NCBI GenBank assembly: GCA_032718475.1
Contig: JAUCBJ010008913.1
Span: forward strand, 1-47,793
From: Nemertoderma westbladi
Taxonomy: Eukaryota > Animalia > Xenacoelomorpha
Direction of reading: 5' to 3'
DNA length: 47,793 bases
Shown: piece by piece, positions 11,201-23,175 of the stretch
Numbering within the stretch: position 1 is the first letter of the stretch
Layout of the letters: every line of letters begins with the position of its first letter
Position numbers and translations under genes: made by a program
The notes under the pieces: generated by a model
What the model was told of the DNA's origin: nothing
The model's database searches: none
The model's input: the letters and a program-made list of their open reading frames with translations, nothing else

Positions 11201-14200
11201 TCGAGAGTTTTAAAATATTGAGAGTAAAAATATCGAGAGTAAAAATATCGAGAGTAAAAATATCGAGAGTAAAAATATCTAGAGTTTTAAAATATCGAGA
11301 GTAACAATATCGAGAGTAAAAATATCGAGAGTAAAAATATCGAGAGAAAATATATCGCGAGTAAAAATATCGAGAGTAAAAATATCGAGAGTAAAAATAA
11401 AAATATCGAGAGTAAAAATATATAGAGAGTAAAAATATCGAGAGAAAATATATCGCGAGTAAAAATATCGAGAGTAAAAATATCGAGAGTAAAAATATCT
11501 AGAGTTTTAAAATATTGAGAGTAAAAATATCGAGAGTAAAAATATCGAGAGTAAAAATATCGAGAGTAAAAATATCGAGAGTAAAAATATCGAGAGTAAA
11601 AATATCGAGAGTAAAAATATCGAGAGTAAAAATATCTAGAGTTTTAAAATATCGAGAGTAACAATATCGAGAGTAAAAATATAGAGAGTAAAAATATCGA
11701 GAGTAAAAATAAAAATATCGAGAGTAAAAATATAGAGAGTAAAAATATCGAGAGTAAAAATAAAAATATCGAGAGTAAAAATATCGAGAGAAAATATATC
11801 GCGAGTAAAAATATCGAGAGTAAAAATATCGAGAGTAAAAATATCGAGAGTAAAAATATCGAGAGTAAAAATATCGAGAGTAAAAACATCGAGAGTAAAA
11901 ATATCTAGAGTTTTAAAATATTGAGAGTAAAAATATCGAGAGTAAAAATATCGAGAGTAAAAATATCGAGAGTAAAAATAAAAATATCGAGAGTAAAAAT
12001 ATCGAGAGTAAAAATATCGAGAGTAAAAATATCGAGAGTAAAAATATCGAGAGTAAAAATATAGAGAGTAAAAATATCGAGAGAAAATATATCGCGAGTA
12101 AAAATATCGGGAGTAAAAATATCGAGAGTAAAAATAAAAATATCGAGAGTTTTAAAATATTGAGAGTAAAAATATCGAGAGTAAAAATATCGAGAGTAAA
12201 AATATCTAGAGTTTTAAAATATCGAGAGTAACAATATCGAGAGTAAAAATATCGAGAGTAAAAATATCGAGAGAAAATATATCGCGAGTAAAAATATCGA
12301 GAGTAAAAATATCGAGAGTAAAAATAAAAATATCGAGAGTAAAAATATATAGAGAGTAAAAATATCGAGAGAAAATATATCGCGAGTAAAAATATCGAGA
12401 GTAAAAATATCGAGAGTAAAAATATCTAGAGTTTTAAAATATTGAGAGTAAAAATATCGAGAGTAAAAATATCGAGAGTAAAAATATCGAGAGTAAAAAT
12501 ATCGAGAGTAAAAATATCGAGAGTAAAAATATCGAGAGTAAAAATATCTAGAGTTTTAAAATATCGAGAGTAACAATATCGAGAGTAAAAATATAGAGAG
12601 TAAAAATATCGAGAGTAAAAATAAAAATATCGAGAGTAAAAATATAGAGAGTAAAAATATCGAGAGTAAAAATAAAAATATCGAGAGTAAAAATATCGAG
12701 AGAAAATATATCGCGAGTAAAAATATCGAGAGTAAAAATATCGAGAGTAAAAATATCGAGAGTAAAAACATCGAGAGTAAAAATATCTAGAGTTTTAAAA
12801 TATTGAGAGTAAAAATATCGAGAGTAAAAATATCGAGAGTAAAAATATCTAGAGTAAAAATATCTAGAGTTTTAAAATATCGAGAGTAAAAATATCGAGA
12901 GTAAAAATATCGAGAGTAAAAATATCGAGAGTAAAAATATCTAGAGTTTTAAAATATTGAGAGTAAAAATATCGAGAGTAAAAATATCGAGAGTAAAAAT
13001 ATCGGGAGTAAGAATATCGAGTGTTGAAAAATATCGAGAGTAAAAATATCGAGAGTAAAAATATCGAGAGTAAAAATATCTAGAGTAAAAATATCTAGAG
13101 TTTTAAAATATCGAGAGTAAAAATATCGAGAGTAAAAATATCGAGAGTAAAAATAAAAATATCGAGAGTAAAAATATCGAGAGAAAATATATCGCGAGTA
13201 AAAATATCGAGAGTAAAAATATCGAGAGTAAAAATATCGAGAGTAAAAATATCGAGAGTAAAAATATCGAGAGTAAAAACATCGAGAGTAAAAATATCGA
13301 GAGTAAAAATATCGAGAGTAAAAATATCGAGAGTAAAAATATCGAGAGTAAAAATATAGAGAGTAAAAATATCGAGAGAAAATATATCGCGAGTAAAAAT
13401 ATCGAGAGTAAAAATATCGAGAGTAAAAATAAAAATATCGAGAGTAAAAATATATAGAGAGTAAAAATATCGAGAGAAAATATATCGCGAGTAAAAATAT
13501 CGGGAGTAAAAATATCGAGAGTAAAAATAAAAATATCTAGAGTTTTAAAATATTGAGAGTAAAAATATCGAGAGTAAAAATATCGAGAGTAAAAATATCG
13601 AGAGTAAAAATAAAAATATCGAGAGTAAAAATATCGAGAGTAAAAATATCGAGAGTAAAAATATCGAGAGTAAAAATATCGAGAGTAAAAATATCGAGAG
13701 TAAAAATATAGAGAGTAAAAATATCGAGAGTAAAAATATCGAGAGTAAAAATATCGAGAGTAAAAATATCTAGAGTTTTAAAATATCGAGAGTAACAATA
13801 TCGAGAGTAAAAATATAGAGAGTAAAAATATCTAGAGTTTTAAAATATCGAGAGTAACAATATCGAGAGTAAAAATATCGAGAGTAAAAATATCGAGAGA
13901 AAATATATCGCGAGTAAAAATATCGAGAGTAAAAATATCGAGAGTAAAAATAAAAATATCGAGAGTAAAAATATATAGAGAGTAAAAATATCGAGAGAAA
14001 ATATATCGCGAGTAAAAATATCGGGAGTAAAAATATCGAGAGTAAAAATAAAAATATCGAGAGTTTTAAAATATTGAGAGTAAAAATATCGAGAGTAAAA
14101 ATATCGAGAGTAAAAATATCGAGAGTAAAAATATCTAGAGTTTTAAAATATCGAGAGTAACAATATCGAGAGTAAAAATATCGAGAGTAAAAATATCGAG

Positions 14201-15146
14201 AGAAAATATATCGCGAGTAAAAATATCGAGAGTAAAAATATCGAGAGTAAAAATAAAAATATCGAGAGTAAAAATATATAGAGAGTAAAAATATCGAGAG
14301 AAAATATATCGCGAGTAAAAATATCGAGAGTAAAAATATCGAGAGTAAAAATATCTAGAGTTTTAAAATATTGAGAGTAAAAATATCGAGAGTAAAAATA
14401 TCGAGAGTAAAAATATCGAGAGTAAAAATATCGAGAGTAAAAATATCGAGAGTAAAAATATCGAGAGTAAAAATATCTAGAGTTTTAAAATATCGAGAGT
14501 AACAATATCGAGAGTAAAAATATAGAGAGTAAAAATATCGAGAGTAAAAATAAAAATATCGAGAGTAAAAATATAGAGAGTAAAAATATCGAGAGTAAAA
14601 ATAAAAATATCGAGAGTAAAAATATCGAGAGAAAATATATCGCGAGTAAAAATATCGAGAGTAAAAATATCGAGAGTAAAAATATCGAGAGTAAAAACAT
14701 CGAGAGTAAAAATATCTAGAGTTTTAAAATATTGAGAGTAAAAATATCGAGAGTAAAAATATCGAGAGTAAAAATATCTAGAGTAAAAATATCTAGAGTT
14801 TTAAAATATCGAGAGTAAAAATATCGAGAGTAAAAATATCGAGAGTAAAAATATCGAGAGTAAAAATATCTAGAGTTTTAAAATATTGAGAGTAAAAATA
14901 TCGAGAGTAAAAATATCGAGAGTAAAAATATCGGGAGTAAGAATATCGAGTGTTGAAAAATATCGAGAGTAAAAATATCGAGAGTAAAAATATCGAGAGT
15001 AAAAATATCTAGAGTAAAAATATCTAGAGTTTTAAAATATCGAGAGTAAAAATATCGAGAGTAAAAATATCGAGAGTAAAAATATCGAGAGTAAAAATAT
15101 CGAGAGTAAAAACATCGAGAGTAAAAATATCGAGAGTAAAAATATC
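5211..15146. repeat. 15-bp satellite AAAAATATCGAGAGT, about 9.9 kb (roughly 650 monomers) with higher-order structure
   Basis: Continuous array with recurrent variants (atctagagttttaaaatattg, gagaaaatatatcgcgagt, taacaatatc, aaaaacatc, aaaaataaaaatatc) repeating in blocks of about 0.9-1.9 kb. Confidence 0.99.
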
Positions 15147-15961
15147 CTAAGTAAAAGAAAAAGCGTGTAGCCAAAGAACGAAATCAACAATAAAAATTCT
15201 GTCTCACCCAGCAAAGAGGAGGGAGGTGAAACTATCTGTTTCAAACTTCCTGCAATCTCATTAAGATTTGTAGAAAAATTAGGGGGGGGGGGGGGGGGGG
15301 GCGGGGTACCTGAATAACGACACTATATTGTGTAGTTTATTATTGGTGTTATGGGTGAGCCCATGAAGTTAGCCAATGTTTCGTTGGTAGCTACAGTCTT
15401 AGTGTTTTTTTTTTACAAAAACCGAGGCCTATATAAATTGTTACTTTCGTAATATATTTATTTGTTAATTTCTGCGGTACTAGTTTATATAGCGTATGCA
15501 TTGGCGCACATGCAATGCATTTTTTGAATGAATTTAATGAATGAATTGAATGAATTTTTGTTTTCACAAAAATTTTTGATATAACAATTTTTAAATTTTC
15601 GTTGATGTTTCATTCCAAAAATTACAGCCAATTTTACTAGAATAATTTACTAAATAAATAATTTACCCTCGTTATTTTTATATGTGGAGACAAATTAAAT
15701 TAAAAACAAATTAAATTAAATTAGGCTAAAAAAAAATGTAAAAAATATATTTTAGAAAATTTCATATACCGGTAAGAAAAAAATAAATTATTTAAATAAG
15801 AAAAAAATAATAAAAAAAATTCACAAAAAAAATAATAATACTGGGTAGGTAATACAAGTGGAATTTCTTAAAAAGTGTGTTGTGTAGAAAAGGTTTGAAC
15901 GTAAGCAAAATCCATGCACACTCTCAAAAGTTATTGCTGGTATGACAATAAACATTCTTAC

Positions 15962-17327
15962 CTAAACCCTCGTCGTCCCCGAGAATCGAATTCAACCCCT
16001 CCGTAGCCATGGAAACGAGCCACGCCAATCCGATCTGTTGAAACTCGAACAACTCCGGATTGGGGACGGCTAGGCGTCCGGCCAGGAACGGATTGACGCA
16101 TTCCCGGAGTCTCACGGCGACCGGAAGCCGCTCCCGTCCGCACTCCGCCACCTCATTCAGCGACCGCCCTCGACCGGGCGTCGCTGGGGATTCGTCGCAA
16201 CTCGATTCCGAGTCGGAAACAACCTCGGAAACCGGCTCGGCTGGAAACCGCAACGCTGGAAAGGAACTAAGCAGCTCGGAAATATCGGTGTTGGAATCGT
16301 CCCGCAACATCCGCAGCTCAACCGCCGGATCTTCCGACGACTCTAAACACTCATCTTCATCAATAACATCTTCGTCGTTAGAAATGGAATCCGGCCGATA
16401 TAAAACGCAGATTTTATCGAACGCGGGGCGAAGTTTATAGCCATTCGGTAGAAACGATTCGATATCGCAGATTAAAGGATTCAAATCCTCGAATCTGTCG
16501 TCGTTAATTTCTACACCGGATTTTAAAATTCCCCCAATTCCGGACCAGAAACGTTTAATCTCTTCAGCCAGGTGATTCGCTTTCGCTTTAACTGCCGTTA
16601 TATCCGCCAGATGCTTGCGTTTCAATTTGTTTTCATTGTCCCGGTGGTATTTTCTCGCCGAATAGGCTAGCAGCTTCGCAGCAGCTTTCTTCCAAATAAG
16701 TTCTTCCGCGAAATCCGCTGCCATCCACGTCGCTTCCTCCAGTAAATAATCCCAGGAAGTTTTGTAACGCGACGGTTCAATTATTTTAGGGAGTCTCGTT
16801 CGACTCCATAGGCCTTCCTTTCTTAAGTTTTTCACCCGTTGGTGAGTGTGTGCGTCCAGCTTAGCAATGTCGATGGATGTTGACGGAGGTTTCGGCGCGT
16901 TCTCAGGCGTTGTATTACCGGTACCGGAAACGCGAGATAAATTTCGAAAATGTTGACTTGGGTTCTGGGATACGTTACCATAATTGGGTTGATTTCCCCT
17001 CTGTTGGGTCGAAAGATACCCATACTTCCAGACTAGCCCAGCCAGGTGTTTTATTTGTTTATGATTAGTTAATTTCTTATTAGCTAAAAAGTTTGAGAAA
17101 GCGAATGATGGTCGTTTAAGCCACGAGGAATAATCAACGATATTACCACCAGATTCCAAAAAGTACAATTCTAGTATGTGTGAAGAATACTCATATTCAA
17201 TTTCACTCAATTTATTTGAATTAAAAACAATAGCCCGTTTCCTCCCAGATAATTTCATTGACTTTGGATCTGATTCTTTAATTTCGCTGGACTGTACGGA
17301 CAGTTTGCGCTTTATAGGCGTTCCCAT
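15962..17327 (-). CDS. dom: Domino/p400/SRCAP-family remodeller, exon 1 (EP400 N-terminal-like region, HSA domain, start of SNF2 ATPase)
   Basis: ORF 15924..17327 contains ELYFLESGGNIVDY (EP400/Domino N-term-like), LRKEGLWSRTRLPKIIEP..KTSWDYLLEEATWMAADFAEE..WKK (HSA) and LFEFQQIGLAWL..LNSILGDDEGLG (Q motif/Walker A). Donor TTAG|GTAAGA at 15962/15961. Exon length 1366 nt (phase 1) joins in frame to exon 2, giving GLG|KSVQ. Confidence 0.92.
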
Positions 17328-18439
17328 AACTCCAATTTGCCAATATCAGAATATCATGAATATCATATCATCATTACAGCATTAGGCTTACTACCTGCTG
17401 ACCTGGCTCAAATCACAAATCGGTTTCAGTCTGTCAGTACCCCGACACACACCTTGGTATAATGATCGTTTAATGTTTTGGTTAGAAAAGCCCGCCTCTG
17501 TAACCTGCTCATTTGGTATATACTGAACTGATATATAATATAATATCTGTATACTGGTACCAGTATAGGCAGATAGGGATAGGCCTATACCAGTACAGTA
17601 CATCAGACAGTCAGAAAATCAACGGGTTTGCTTATCTGCAAGGTGAACTCCAAAACGGAACTCAATATCCAATATTGGTTTACAGGTTTATGTATACTGC
17701 ATGGTATAGATATTAGTTAATCCAGTAAGCAGTTCAGCGGCTCTCTGCTCTAGTCAGCTAGTTACGTAGGCCTAATAAATACCGGCATTCGAAAACACTA
17801 AACTATTTCAGTATTTAACATTGACTGATTGAGTAAGGCAGCATCAGGAATTGAAGAGTTCAATAGGCTAATTTGAATCGCAATAGGCCTAACTCAAGGC
17901 TGATGGGAGCAATTGAGTAGGGGCCTAAAATATGAAATACTATAGTTCAAAAAATGTTGTAGTAACCCTATATCGCTCTAAAAGAATTGAGTAACAAAAA
18001 GTACCAATCAGACAATTTAAGAATAAAATTACGTATTAGGCCTACCAGTACATAAAACTGTAAAAAACGGGGGAAAAACGTATAACGTTTTTTGTTCCAA
18101 TATTCTCTCGACACCTTTGCCTTTATTAACCTCGGTTGCCGCGTTACGCTCGGTAAAGAAAATAATGTACCGGTACCTCGAGAATATTGAAAAAAATATA
18201 TACTTATTTTTTCCCATGTACCGGTATTGAGTGACTGATTGATGTAATAAATAATTATTACATGCAGAGTAACACTTGTTCACAATTACAGCATTACAGT
18301 ACAATAATATAGTAATGTATCCTCATGGTCCTGGTCCTCACGGCGAAAGCAATGACCTGCAAACTGGAGGCGACGTTGTTCTAGTGTCAAGCTTGGGGGA
18401 AACAATGAGACACCTCCAATGTTATATAGTGTCTGGTTG

Positions 18440-19090
18440 GATATGTGTGCATTGTACTTGACACAATGAGCCCGGCGTACAGTAGCATTCTTGTGAATGT
18501 GCCATCCAGAGATTTGGTGTCCTCAGCAGTTAGAGCCCAGGACGGACTCCCATAGAAAGAGTACTGGAACTATTGCTGCTCTAATTAATCGGACCTTAAG
18601 TTTCTGATTAATTCTATGTGACTTCCAAATCCTGGAAAGCCTATTCAAGGCTGCCCATGACTTTTCCTTACGTATTCGAAGGTCCTCCATCTGACTTCCA
18701 GATCCATGATCCCAGGTTATAGAAGTCATCCGCATGCTCAAGCATACCATCCTTTGAGCTCATGCTCATCCGGTCAGAGACTTGCTGAGGACTTTCAAAG
18801 TTAACTGTCAAAATTGTGGTCTTTTTGGTGTTTACAAAAAGACCAACACTAGAAGCAGCATGTTCTAATGAGCTGAGGAGCCGTTGGGCTCCCTCTAGTG
18901 ATTCTGAGAGTACTCCTAAGTTATCAGCAAAGTCTAGATCAGTTAGGTACTTGGCAGAATTTCCTCGACTTCTGGAGCCAGTAGGTGGAGTTCCATCACC
19001 CCATCATCATTATGATGATCTAAGGACATGCGTACTGTAGAACATAGTCAACCACAATTATGATCAAGAATGGCGCAAGTGTGTCTCCTG
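18440..19090 (-). mobile_element. Degenerate RTE-like LINE, C-terminal half of the reverse transcriptase
   Basis: Minus strand: GDTLAPFLIIIVVDYVL..YLTDLDFADNLGVLSESLEGAQRLLSSLEHAASSVGLFVNTKKT..DLRIRKEKSWAALNRLSRIWKS..LKVRLIRAAIVPVLF, with frameshifts. Confidence 0.8.
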
Positions 19091-19437
19091 TTGGGGTAAA
19101 TGTACTGTATAAAAATTAGAATAATACTAATTTAATGGAGGATAGGTGGGTGTTCAGGGTGGGTCTATATGTTCTTTAATAAGTAGAGATTCTTTAATGC
19201 ACAAATCCAAATTATTGGATGCAGAAGTTAATATTTTAAAATCACCTTTGCTAAGTACAGTAGGTGGTCTTCCGTTAGAGAATGGTCTAAAATACTGGAG
19301 TCTTTGGGTGGTTTAATTCTCGAGCCAGTGTATAATGAAACGCCTGAGTGTTCTACGATCCGTTCCTCTAAGTGTCGTATTGTTTTACCGATGTAAGAGG
19401 CACTACAGCCACCACAGGAAAATAGGTACACTGTATT
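19091..19437 (-). mobile_element. Penelope-like element, GIY-YIG endonuclease portion
   Basis: VYLFSCGGCSASYIGKTIRHLEERIVEHSGVSLYTG..SSILDH.. followed by LCIKESLLIKEHIDPTLN. Confidence 0.85.
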
Positions 19438-20301
19438 TTATTTATTTATTTATTTCATAAAAATCGGACAGGCCGACAGTTTAAAATACGTCAAACACAA
19501 TTTACAGGTTAAAATCCTCAGTAGGTAGGCTAATTAGCTACTAATCACACATCAATTTAGATCTATTGATCAATAACTTAAATCACATTGATTTGATACA
19601 CCAAAGTAGTTGAGTATATAATGGCGTCTCCTTGCAAGTGGGAGAGACAGTTTGTGGCACTGATCAATAAAATAGGCGTCCATTCTATCCTTGATGGATG
19701 GTTCTCCGGGAGCCACCCTCGACAATATACTTTTGACTGAGTATTTCATCGTTGCCAGTGAACTCAAGTAGGGAAGTGAGAATCTCGCAGATGCTTTAGC
19801 GTATATGCTGCCAAGACCAATGTAATTGCTGCCACTACGGGTAACATTGCGTATGAGGGTGATGCCGAGCCCAGAGTTCAAGCTTGTATTTGGGCAGCTC
19901 CGCAAACTCATGATTGTCCGAATAGAGGACCTGAACACATCATTGGCAAATATACTACCATTAAATAGCAAATATAAGGTGGAGTTACTGGCATATCGCC
20001 CAATACATAACAAACCCCTTAGGAGCCTCCTATAATGAATTTCCAGGATTTCAATCTGCGATTGTGATAGGGCACCAAGAAGGAATTTAAGTCTATATAA
20101 AATCGAGGGCACGCCCACAGCCTTCCACAATCTAACCACTGTCTTGCAGTCCAACCACTTAACGGTCCATGATTTCCTGCGGAAAATTGCATGGACCACC
20201 GACATGGTCCTTATGCAGTATTGTAGAGCATCCTGTTTCTTTACGGCAAGGTTGAATCCGAGGAATACCAACTCTTTCGCTTCAGTATTGGACTGTGATC
20301 G
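19438..20301 (-). mobile_element. 5'-truncated LINE (RTEX-like) with (TAAA)n tail and 9-bp TSD CACTGTATT
   Basis: TSD at 19429-19437 and 20302-20310; (ttta)n tail at about 19438-19455. Encodes FLGF..VRLWKAVGVPSILY..LEIHYRRLLRGLL..SNSTLYLL, a post-RT region of LINE ORF2. The clade call is tentative. Confidence 0.8.
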
Positions 20302-20915
20302 CACTGTATTGGAACGCATGTTGGATGGCAAGCGATATTTATATCTAAACATGGCGGATAAACGATATGGGGGCTTGAAAATGACTTTTAATTCTATGTG
20401 GGGTAAGGCCTTACGGAAAAGTTTATTAAGTCTATTCCTTATTTGGTAACCGTGGGACCCAGTAAAAGGGAGGATGAAGTAAACAGGCTTTTTATCTACT
20501 GTTTGAGGTTGTTGGCTGGGAGGGGAATGTTGCTTGTCTAAGAACATTTTCAACGCCCTATCGATAAGTACACCAGGGTAACCATTTAACAATAGGATAT
20601 TCTTAAGTGTAATAAATTCGGTATGGAAAATAAGGTAAAAGTATGTATAACTAATTTTGAAAATTCGAAAAATTAGGGTATAAATCAACCCAAATTTATT
20701 TTTAAACGGGATAAAACTGGAAAAAGAAGTATATAAGCCGGTAAAGGTGGGTTTACGGTAAGCTGAAGTAATGGACTGAAGAATGTTCGGGTTGGGTCAC
20801 TTTGGCAAGAAAAGCTTTGGCTATATCTGCAATCAACGAGGACCCCATGGCGACGCCATCTATTTGTTTAGATAGTTTTTCATTAAAAACAAATCGATTA
20901 TCTATTAAACACATT
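20302..20915 (-). mobile_element. Penelope-like element, RT and thumb/linker portion (internally deleted)
   Basis: FVFNEKLSKQIDGVAMGSSL, YRKPTFTGLYTSFSSFIP..LIYTLIFRIFKIS..LKNILLLNGYP..LPFTG..IRNRL..LPSNMRSNTV. Joins to YLFSC once the LINE insert is removed. Confidence 0.85.
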
Positions 20916-21830
20916 CTTGCTGCATAATTTCATCAGGAATCCCATATAATGAAAGTATGCTGAATATACGTGAGCGAGAGACTGAATCAAAGGCCTTGAA
21001 GAAGTCAACAAAGATAACAGCCAGATGCCTGTTTCTTTTTTGATAACTCTTCAATTATCCTTCTAAGTGCCAAAATGGGCTCCATGGTCCCACGACCTTT
21101 AGGGAACCCATTCTGATTTCCACGGGCAGTCTCTCAATGGGATCCCTGATGCGATTTAATATAATTATATTGTATAGCTTTGCAGCAATCGAGATCAATG
21201 AGATTCCCCGAAAATAACCATAGAGTGTTAGGTTGCCCTTCTTGGGAACTGGCACCAACTTATTTGTTATCATTTCTTGTGGGACTCTTGTTGTTCTGTA
21301 CATGTCTACTATGATGGGATAGATGAGCTTTAAACACTCAGGTATTTTAAAGACCTCAAGGGGAACACTATCTACTCCACTGGCACGATTGGTCTTAATG
21401 CTCTTTGCAACAGCCTTCACTTCTGCAAAGGAGATATCGCAAATGGGAATATCTGTGAGTACAGACTCAGACACTTTTACTTCTATAAAGTTATCAGGCA
21501 ATACCCTGTCATTATTGAGGAGCCTTTCAAAGTGGGCCTTCCAACCATTGAGGCGATCGTGGTTGGTTGGCTTTTCCGACCAGTAAGCAAGTTGATCGAT
21601 TTCCATGCCTGGGGTGATAGCCTGCTGTCGTCAGCATCACTGATGGCATCAACCTGTTGGTTTATTAGCTCCTGTAGATTAACAGAGTACTGCCTGTTCA
21701 GGGACCTAGATGCAGCCTTAACTGCATTCTTGGCTGCTGTAGTCTGTTTTAGTCGGGACTCTTCCTGCGCCTTATAGAGCTCATTTCGGCAGTTCTGAAT
21801 TTTGTTGTCAGTCCAGGGGGCCCTTTTCCT
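20916..21830 (-). mobile_element. Degenerate RTE-like LINE, N-terminal half of the reverse transcriptase
   Basis: WKAHFERLLN..RASGVDSVPLEVFK..VPVPKKGNLT..FRGISLISIAAKLYNIIILNRIR..VIFVDFFKAFDSVSR..ILSLYGIPDEI. Collinear with the 18440-19090 fragment. Confidence 0.85.
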
Positions 21831-21858
21831 ATTTCGAGGGTATACAGTTACTACAGTA

Positions 21859-22268
21859 TATAAATAAATGTAAAATACATAAATTATGTTATGAAAAAGT
21901 TAGCTTATATATTTATGGTGGCGTTTGGAGTCATGTTAATAGTTTGTAGCTACTGGTTATTAATAGCTACCGGTAGGTAATGCAGTAGGCATTTATACTG
22001 TCTGGCTGGCTGACTGGCTGTCAGGCAATTAATAATAAATTCCAACTACTGTATTGTTAATTTGGTAACCATGACGGCGTGATGTAAAGTCACACCAATA
22101 ATGGGACATTACCACATAATAATACACTAAATACTGTACAATACTAATTGTACAGGCCATTATAATACTGTAATGTCATTTAAAGTTGTAAAAGCGCTAA
22201 ATAACAACTCGCTGTTAATACTAACGGCATTGAGTGATGTTACAATTTTGGAATAAAATTATTTTATT
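21859..22268 (+). repeat. Dispersed repeat of about 410 bp, copy A
   Basis: tataaataaatgtaaaa..ttagcttatat..ggcgtttggag..taccggtaggtaatgcagtaggc..taaataacaactcgctgttaatactaacggc..aataaaattatt is shared with 26598-26999. A short fragment also lies at about 25412-25455. Confidence 0.8.
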
Positions 22269-23175
22269 AGTGTGTAACACATAGAGTATACGAGTATATT
22301 AGTGTTATTCTATTATGTGAAATGTGAAGGTATTTTTTCACTAAATTTTCAAAAGTACCTCTACCAGGGCCTGACAGCCTGATTAGCCAATATGAAGTCG
22401 TAGGCAAAAGGAAATTTGAGGCCCTTCTAAAAGTCAAAAATTGCAAGTTTTTCAACCTTAAATTGCCTTTGAGGAATAATGCAGCGAAAAACGAACATTA
22501 AAGAAAAAACGGACATATAATATCACTGCCATTCAAATGTGCCTTTTTTTGTACTATTCCAAATTTTTCAAATGTTTATAACAAAATATTAATATCATTT
22601 ATTGACAAAAATGCACCGAATTGTCTAAGGGATTATCAATATACTGTATGTGAGAAAAATATTGATTATGATTAGGCCTACTCCATGTGGGTACTATACT
22701 TAAAATACTTTACTTAAATGGTCCACGGGTACCATTTTAAGTCAAAACAAATTTTAGAACATATTGGTTTCAACGGGAGCATCTCCACTGGTAAGTTGTA
22801 AGTTATAACCCATGAGTCCGAGTCTAAAGTGATTACAGAAAGTGATGTCCCATTTACCATCTTTTGACTTACGAGTTATGGCATGCTGGAGGCCTTTCAT
22901 TGGTTACTTTGGGTAGAAATGGGTATTAAATGTAAGACACTATCAGCAAATAACTTATGACTTATAAGTGGAGCAGCATGGGAGCTGTAATTTTGACATA
23001 TTGACTCGGACAAAATATGAAAACATCTATGACTTTACAAGTGGGTGCCTTATAAAATATAGAGAAAATTAATTTAATGTGATTTCTATTCAAATATGTA
23101 CCAAAATATTCCTAAGACTAAGGCTGTACAAAGATTAGTAATATACAGTAGTATCTACTATACAGTTCTAGTGTC

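Larger units (their letters stand above)
1989..15961 (-). other. 13,973-bp GT-AG phase-1 intron in the domino/p400-like gene
   Basis: Donor GTAAGA at 15961-15956 and acceptor attatttttgttcAG ending at 1989. Splicing restores the Walker A motif in frame. Confidence 0.88.

Noticed and set aside
5211-15244. ORFs made of VKISR, SIFLL, YFYSR or SKNIE repeats
   Set aside because: Artefacts of a 15-bp (multiple of 3) satellite; frames are broken at random by variant monomers.
15282-15307. Poly-G tracts (also about 2285, 2613, 2799, 27714, 36753, 37851) as functional G-quadruplex elements
   Set aside because: Mostly inside transposon relics, lengths vary between duplicate copies, and homopolymer length is unreliable in assemblies; no evidence of function.
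15924-15961. C-terminal KNVYCHTSNNF* of the 467-aa ORF as the true protein end
   Set aside because: Read-through past a consensus donor; the ATPase continues in frame at 1988.
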